A stretch of 32,000 nucleotides of DNA from positions 120,001 to 152,000 of the forward strand of contig NC_003276.1 of the NCBI RefSeq assembly GCF_000009705.1, read 5' to 3'. The translations under genes were made by a program, and so were the position numbers. Of the stretch, positions 27,396-32,000 are shown one piece after another; position 1 is the stretch's first letter, and each line of letters starts with the position of its first letter. Under the pieces are notes generated by a model, which searched no databases, was not told the DNA's origin, and saw nothing but the letters and a program-made list of their open reading frames with translations. The stretch is from Nostoc sp. PCC 7120 = FACHB-418 (lineage in GTDB: Bacteria; Cyanobacteriota; Cyanobacteriia; Cyanobacteriales; Nostocaceae).

Positions 27396-27650
27396 ATGAG
27401 TAAACAAATATCCGAATCACATAACTACAAATGCCATCAAATAGCCAACATTCTGCACCTCAATTTATCTACCGTCCGTCTTTGGATTAACCGGGGCTGG
27501 CTCAAGGCAAACAAGCGTTGTCCAAAATATTACGAGATTAGCATTTCTCATCTCAAAGAGTTTCTAGAAAATCCACCACATCAAATCCAAAAACGGATTG
27601 CATCTCTTGATTCCCAAACCATTAATTATTTGTTCGGTAAAAAAGTATGA
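27396..27650 (+). CDS. Helix-turn-helix DNA-binding protein, excisionase/MerR-like (HTH_17-type)
   Basis: HQIANILHLNLSTVRLWINRGWLKANK....YEISISHLKEFL matches the excisionase-family HTH pattern (A..L.....TV..W...G.L.A........I....L..FL). Confidence 0.6.
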   Translation: MSKQISESHNYKCHQIANILHLNLSTVRLWINRGWLKANKRCPKYYEISISHLKEFLENPPHQIQKRIASLDSQTINYLFGKKV

Positions 27651-28105
27651 CAGAACAAATCACAGATTTAGAAAGATGTTGGTTTTTATCCCCACCTTGG
27701 GGTCAAGAAATTCCCCCGGTTGAAATCAATTTATCTGAAAAAGTCTACTTCAAAACTGATAGAACATTTGGCTACTGCTGTGGAGTGCAGTGGTATGGCG
27801 ATTGCTGGAATTACATTATTGAGATCAAAAATGACTTCATCTACGCCACAAAAGATCAAATTATTGCCACCGGTAATATACAACCCAGCACTGTGAAAAA
27901 ACCTTCTTTCGTGTTGGGAGAGCGGGTACTGTTGCAATTTGGCGATCGCGGTACAAAGCAAAGGCTAATTCTGGGGATTGAGTTAATCGAAAAGTCCTGG
28001 TTTTATCTGGTGGAGTTGGCATCACCTAGTTTTTCTGCATCATCCACCATGACCAATCGCTTTTCTTTGGTGCGAGAAGAAGACTTGGTGCGGGTGAGGG
28101 TCTGA
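27647..28105 (+). CDS. Hypothetical protein (152 aa) with two SH3-like-looking modules
   Basis: An ATGA start/stop overlap with the upstream gene indicates translational coupling. Modules: TDRTFGYCCGVQWYGDCWNYIIEI and GERVLLQFGDRGTKQRLILGIELIEKSWFYLVEL. Confidence 0.65.
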   Translation: MTEQITDLERCWFLSPPWGQEIPPVEINLSEKVYFKTDRTFGYCCGVQWYGDCWNYIIEIKNDFIYATKDQIIATGNIQPSTVKKPSFVLGERVLLQFGDRGTKQRLILGIELIEKSWFYLVELASPSFSASSTMTNRFSLVREEDLVRVRV

Positions 28106-28401
28106 TGTTTTCAATGTTCGATAGTCAATAATTAGACGGCTCATCATTCTCGTGCTGCACCATAATTTAACGTTGCTGATTGAGGAGCAAGACCCACAGA
28201 TTTTTGAACAGTTGATGGCTACGGCTTCCGATTGATTGCTGTGGATGGGGAAATTGCTTGGATTTGGCAAGAAAATAATCATTGAGCCACTCCACGAAAT
28301 AAAAGTGCATGAAGTTGATCTCTAGTTAACGATTAACTGTACTTAACTAAACATTGCTGGACATTTCATGCTAGTATAAATGTATTAATACAAAAGTAGT
28401 A

Positions 28402-29037
28402 ATGACTTACTATGTCCCAGCCAGAAAGCCACAATCAGTGTTTAGAGTAACACTTAAAACACTGCGGCGAGGGGAAGAATCAGGAAAGATTAAGACAATC
28501 AGAACCCCAAACGGACAGAGGAGATATGACATTGATTCCGTCCTACCAACTCAAAGAACAGACAAAGCAATCATCCTCTAGGGCAGGGTTTCTCGCCACA
28601 CTCAACAGTCTGACCTGGAAAGACAAATACAGTTTCTTGTCGCTCGTTACCCCAGTAGTGAAGTCATCCAAGAAGTCGGAAGCGGACTCAACTTCCGAAG
28701 AAAAAAGTTACTTGCCATACTGGAACGAGTTCTCGCAGGCGATGTCAGAATGGTTGTGGTCTGCCATAAAGACAGATTATGCAGATTTGGATTTAAACTC
28801 ATCCAATGGTTGTGCGAAAAATGCAATTGTGAACTCGTGGTTCTCAACCAAGCTCAGTTATCTCCAGAGCGAGAAATGGTTGAGGATATTCTGGCAATCA
28901 TCCATGTCTTCAGTTGCCGACTGTACGGACTCAGAAAATACAAACAGGAAATCCGTAAAGGTTTGCACGCAATACCGGATGATATTAACACTAGAACAAG
29001 AGCAATTGTTAATGAAGTGGGTAAGGCTGAATCGTAA
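28402..29037 (+). pseudogene. tnpA: IS607-type serine recombinase TnpA interrupted by one in-frame TAG at codon 60 (28579-28581)
   Basis: Hand translation: MTYYVPARKPQSVFRVTLKTLRRGEESGKIKTIRTPNGQRRYDIDSVLPTQRTDKAIIL*GRVSRHTQQSDLERQIQFLVARYPSSEVIQEVGSGLNFRRKKLLAILERVLAGDVRMVVVCHKDRLCRFGFKLIQWLCEKCNCELVVLNQ... This has the MerR-like HTH, the (Y)xRVS catalytic motif and a resolvase fold. The stop sits where family members have Tyr. Confidence 0.8.
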
Positions 29038-30187
29038 AACCTACAACATGGCAATAGCCTACCTCAATCAAAAGCAGGGATTTGACAGAACAGGGATTGG
29101 AGGCACAGGAAAACAAGCATTCAAGACCTTTTTTAAAGCCCACATCCGACCAGACTGGTTAAAAAATGAGCTACCCGCAGCGATTTTGGATCAAGCTGTT
29201 ATGGAGGCATACTCAGCGTGGAGTACGACACAGCGCCATCCCAAAACTATTAGTAAGGGTAAAGACAAAAAGCCACATCCACAAGCTGGGTTGAAGATTG
29301 CCAAGTTTCGCTCTATTCGTGACTCATCGCAGACATTACAGTTTAAGATTGCATCTGATTTAAACAAAGGTCGATTGCTACCGCAGTACTGGGGTGAGCT
29401 ACCAGCGTTTGAGTGTGTTGATAATGGTGTCAGGTTTTGCCCAATCTCTAATCCTTATACTCCAGAAGTCACATATAAACATAGTCGATTCTACATTTCA
29501 TTACCAGAGGATGTAGAAGTCGTTGACAATAACAAAGATGCGTTCATTGCTTTTGACCCTGGTGTGCGGACATTCCTCACAGGTTTTGATGGTCAGAAGA
29601 TGATTGAGTTTGGCAATGGTGACATTCATCGAATTGTCAGATTATGTCAATGGTTAGATAAACTCCGTTCATTCAGGGATTTATCTAAAGGTTTCAAGAA
29701 CCGTCATCTGCGCTATCGGCTATCCCAAAAGATGAAGCGGGTAACAAGACGGATTCGCAATCTTGTGGATGAAATGCACCGCCAAGTTGCATCTTGGGTG
29801 GCCAAGAACTACAGGGTGATTGCCTTACCAACTTACGAAACATCTCAAATGGTTTGTCGCGCCGTGCGTAAAATCAAAAGCAAAACGGCGCGGTCAATGT
29901 TGAGCTTTGCTCCATATCGCTTCAGTCAAGTGTTAGAGCATCAATGTACCAGAAATGGCTCGGTTTTGATCCGGCACACTGAAGAATTCACCAGTAAGAC
30001 TTGTTCTCGTTGTGGGCATATCCACTATTCATTAGGCGGACAAAAAATCTTTAAATGTTCCAATTGCGGCAATCATCTACCGCGAGATTGGAATGGAGCC
30101 TTGGGGAATTTCCTCAAGGCGTTGTGGGATACCACCTTGCTGAACTCAGCAAGCTTTGATTGCGTTCAGATGACAGTCTTTGTCTAG
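28904..30187 (+). CDS. tnpB: TnpB (IS607-associated RuvC-type RNA-guided endonuclease family)
   Basis: QYRMILTLEQEQLLMKWVRLNRKTYNMAI is a typical TnpB N-terminal strand plus helix. RuvC motifs are IAFDPGVRTF, ALPTYETSQM and LPRDWNGALGNF. The zinc ribbon is CSRCGH...CSNCGN. The start is uncertain: ATG at 28904 (MSSVADC...), 28979 (MILTLEQ) or the track start at 28526. Confidence 0.85.
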   Translation: MSSVADCTDSENTNRKSVKVCTQYRMILTLEQEQLLMKWVRLNRKTYNMAIAYLNQKQGFDRTGIGGTGKQAFKTFFKAHIRPDWLKNELPAAILDQAVMEAYSAWSTTQRHPKTISKGKDKKPHPQAGLKIAKFRSIRDSSQTLQFKIASDLNKGRLLPQYWGELPAFECVDNGVRFCPISNPYTPEVTYKHSRFYISLPEDVEVVDNNKDAFIAFDPGVRTFLTGFDGQKMIEFGNGDIHRIVRLCQWLDKLRSFRDLSKGFKNRHLRYRLSQKMKRVTRRIRNLVDEMHRQVASWVAKNYRVIALPTYETSQMVCRAVRKIKSKTARSMLSFAPYRFSQVLEHQCTRNGSVLIRHTEEFTSKTCSRCGHIHYSLGGQKIFKCSNCGNHLPRDWNGALGNFLKALWDTTLLNSASFDCVQMTVFV

Positions 30188-30405
30188 CAATGTCCAATCT
30201 TGAAGTATCAGTTCAGCAATCCGTATATATCTACGCTTGCCATGATCCAGTTGTTTTTGAAGGGCTGAAGGCGGCAGTTGAGGAGTTCTTTGCTCACCCG
30301 AACCCAACTGCTGCACTACGGCAGGCTGGCGCTTTCTCTAACAAAAAGCGAATGAAACTTGTTAAATAGTGAAAAGCAACCGCACAGTAATTGACACTCT
30401 CGCCG

Positions 30406-31617
30406 CTAACCGCAAAGCAGTGTAGCGGGAGATTCTTGCTTCTCAGAAACACGCTTTTTGGCACAAGTACCAACGAGTCTTACTGTTTCTCCGCAAGCTT
30501 GAATTTCTGCGTGTCCCGCAGTATTTGTTTCTAGTATTCTTATCCCTTCTGTCCTCAAGTTCCGTGAAGCATTTTCATCTCTGTCGTGGGTTGTTTGGCA
30601 ACTTGGACAAATCCACTCACGGATACTTAAATTCAGCAAATTATTCTTATGACCGCAGCATGAACAAAGTTTTGAACTGGGAAAGAATCTGTCAACTTGA
30701 ACAAATTTACCTCCTTCTCTTTCCAGTTTGTAGCTGATGAAATTAAGCAGCATACCAAAACCAGCATCATGTATTGACTTAGCTAATTTGGTACGTGCTA
30801 GACCTTTAACGCAAAGGTTCTCAGCTACTATGATTTGGTTATCATCAACTAACTTTCGTGAGAGTTTATGGAGAAAATCTTGTCTAGTGTTTGATATTTT
30901 TTCGTGAACTTTCGCAACTACTTTAATTGCTTTTCGTCTGTTGTTAGACCCCTTGACCTTACGAGATAAAGCTTTTTGTCTAATTCGCAGTCGTTTTGCA
31001 TATTTTCTGGTGGGTTTGATTGGGTCAACCTTGTAACAAGTTTCACCATCAAACACAGTTATTAAACTGGTTAGTCCTAAATCAATTCCTGATATTTTGC
31101 CTTGCTTGTTGTTTGTTAAATCTTTGGCTTCAAATAAGAGTGCAGCAAAATATTTACCTGTACTTGTCTTGGAAACAGTTACAGATTTGATTTTGCTATT
31201 AATTTTTTTTGAAAGACTGACTTTAACAATCCCAAGCTTAGGTAGTTTTAAACCACTATCTTTAATCGAACAACTCTCAGGGAATCGGATGGACTGTTTA
31301 GAATGCTTGCTTTTGAATTTTGGAAATCCAGCACGTTTAGAGAAAAAGTTTTTAAACGCAGATTCCAAATTCTTGAGTGACTGTTGTAGAACGGCAGCAG
31401 TTGGTTCTTGCAACCATTCATAATCAGACAGTTTCTTCAACTGGGTAAGGTCTTTAGCCATCTGGCAGTAAGTCATACCTTTACCAGTTTCTTCATATTG
31501 AGTATTGGTTTTATTGAGGTAGAAATTCCAAACAAAGCGAGAACAACCAAAGCTTTTAGCTAAGGATATTTCTTGCTCTTTGTTTGGATAAATTCTGACC
31601 TTCAGTACGTCTAACAT
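30406..31617 (-). CDS. tnpB: TnpB (IS200/IS605-family RNA-guided endonuclease)
   Basis: MLDVLKVRIYPNKEQEISLAKSFGCSRFVWNFYL. RuvC motifs are ISGIDLGLTSL, IIVAENLCVKGL and HDRDENASRNL. The zinc ribbon is CSCCGH...CPSCQ. I prefer M21 (31617) over the track start at 31677 because family members begin a few residues before the (K/R)xRIYPN strand. Confidence 0.9.
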   Translation of the reverse strand: MLDVLKVRIYPNKEQEISLAKSFGCSRFVWNFYLNKTNTQYEETGKGMTYCQMAKDLTQLKKLSDYEWLQEPTAAVLQQSLKNLESAFKNFFSKRAGFPKFKSKHSKQSIRFPESCSIKDSGLKLPKLGIVKVSLSKKINSKIKSVTVSKTSTGKYFAALLFEAKDLTNNKQGKISGIDLGLTSLITVFDGETCYKVDPIKPTRKYAKRLRIRQKALSRKVKGSNNRRKAIKVVAKVHEKISNTRQDFLHKLSRKLVDDNQIIVAENLCVKGLARTKLAKSIHDAGFGMLLNFISYKLEREGGKFVQVDRFFPSSKLCSCCGHKNNLLNLSIREWICPSCQTTHDRDENASRNLRTEGIRILETNTAGHAEIQACGETVRLVGTCAKKRVSEKQESPATLLCG

Positions 31618-31721
31618 CAATATATTTTTGAGAAACTTATGAGGCAGTGTGGTCTTGGGGGTTTCCTCCATGAACAACTGCCGGTGGTAATATACTGCTT
31701 ACCGCTAACTCTTGTCAATAT

Positions 31722-32000
31722 ATGTACCATCATGGTTTTAGGTCTGTTTACAGACTTAACGCTCATATCGTTTTAGTTGTGAAGTACCGCAGAAAAGCTA
31801 TTAATGCAGAAATCCTAAACAGGTTGAAAGAAATAATCACAGATACCCTTAAAAAATGGGATTGTGAACTGTTAGAGTTTAACGGTGAACCAGATCATGT
31901 TCACATATTAATTGACTACAAACCAGATAAACCGCTATCAACATTGATTGGAAATATCAAAACAGTGAGTAGCAGGTTAATACGTAAAGAGTTCCCCTCG
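31722..32000 (+). CDS. tnpA: IS200/IS605 Y1 (HUH) transposase TnpA, partial (runs off the window)
   Basis: Hand translation: MYHHGFRSVYRLNAHIVLVVKYRRKAINAEILNRLKEIITDTLKKWDCELLEFNGEPDHVHILIDYKPDKPLSTLIGNIKTVSSRLIRKEFP. It contains the HUH motif HVH and the family-typical KYRRK. It is not in the ORF track because there is no stop in the window. Confidence 0.85.
   Translation, partial: MYHHGFRSVYRLNAHIVLVVKYRRKAINAEILNRLKEIITDTLKKWDCELLEFNGEPDHVHILIDYKPDKPLSTLIGNIKTVSSRLIRKEFPS

Larger units (their letters stand above)
28380..30300 (+). mobile_element. IS607-family insertion sequence (serine-recombinase tnpA pseudogene plus tnpB); ends approximate
   Basis: Gene content only. I could not identify the terminal sequences, so the boundaries are guesses. 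Confidence 0.55.
30300..32000 (-). mobile_element. IS200/IS605-family insertion sequence (divergent tnpB / tnpA), partial; the inner end is approximate
   Basis: Gene content. The right (tnpB-distal) end must lie below 30406. The tnpA side runs off the window. Confidence 0.6.

Noticed and set aside
27731-28282. Minus-strand ORFs 27731..27961 and 28040..28282
   Set aside because: They are antisense to the 152-aa gene or span the intergenic region, with no motifs.
28110-28330. Short open stretches on the + strand (RRLIILVLHHNLTLLIEEQDPQIFEQLMATASD, LIAVDGEIAWIWQENNH) that might be fragments of a gene disrupted by the IS607 insertion
   Set aside because: They are too short and unrecognisable to assign. 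They would need a translated search against homologous loci.
28526-28903. N-terminal part of the 553-aa track ORF (MTLIPSYQLKEQTKQSSS...)
   Set aside because: It is the tnpA region read out of frame. The sequence has no TnpB-like features until ...TQYRMILTLEQEQ. The recombinase frame carries the recognisable homology. I kept it only as a note on the unusually long open frame.
30160-30369. 69-aa + strand ORF between the two tnpB genes
   Set aside because: It lies exactly where the right ends and omega-RNA regions of both IS elements are expected. It has no recognisable domain and starts inside tnpB. It could still be a host-gene fragment, but I cannot support a call.
31618-31677. 20-codon N-terminal extension of the IS605-type TnpB (MFMEETPKTTLPHKFLKNIL)
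   Set aside because: Family members start a few residues before the xxKVRIYPN strand. The extension would leave only 44 bp to the divergent tnpA start.

Overview
All family calls come from motif recognition by eye; no searches were run. The window looks like an accessory region of a filamentous, Nostocales-like cyanobacterium. That is an inference from the many HIP1 octamers (GCGATCGC), the heptamer tandem repeats, and the giant WD40/STAND and RTX genes.

Layout, left to right:
- 1-4556 (-): a partial gene of more than 1500 codons for an RTX / PD40-repeat exoprotein. It is missing from the supplied ORF track because it has no stop inside the window.
- 4768-8337 (+): a STAND NTPase with an NB-ARC-type P-loop and 14 WD40 repeats.
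- 8475-15368 (-): a 2297-aa KAP-family P-loop NTPase. It has about 30 N-terminal HEAT/ARM-like repeats and a two-helix membrane hairpin inserted between Walker A and Walker B.
- 15612-16025 (-): a copy of only the C-terminal domain of the gene at 19638-20753.
- About 16030-19500: an AT-rich, HIP1-free cassette holding an Mrr type IV restriction endonuclease and a second, soluble KAP NTPase, in convergent orientation. The cassette is bracketed by 375-bp direct repeats.
- 19.5-28.1 kb: a GC-richer, HIP1-dense plasmid- or prophage-like backbone. It carries an XRE repressor, a coiled-coil protein, a BRO-N/DinD-like protein, a winged-helix replication-organiser-like protein, and a divergent operon of small unknown genes including an excisionase-like HTH protein.
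- 28.4-32.0 kb: two tail-to-tail insertion sequences. One is IS607-type, with tnpA killed by one TAG codon and tnpB intact. The other is IS200/IS605-type, with tnpB and a partial Y1 tnpA.

I saw no rRNA, tRNA or CRISPR array. The best candidates for something undescribed are the two KAP NTPase modules (the giant repeat-fused membrane KAP and the Mrr+KAP cassette). Each sits directly downstream of a copy of the same mobile-element domain.
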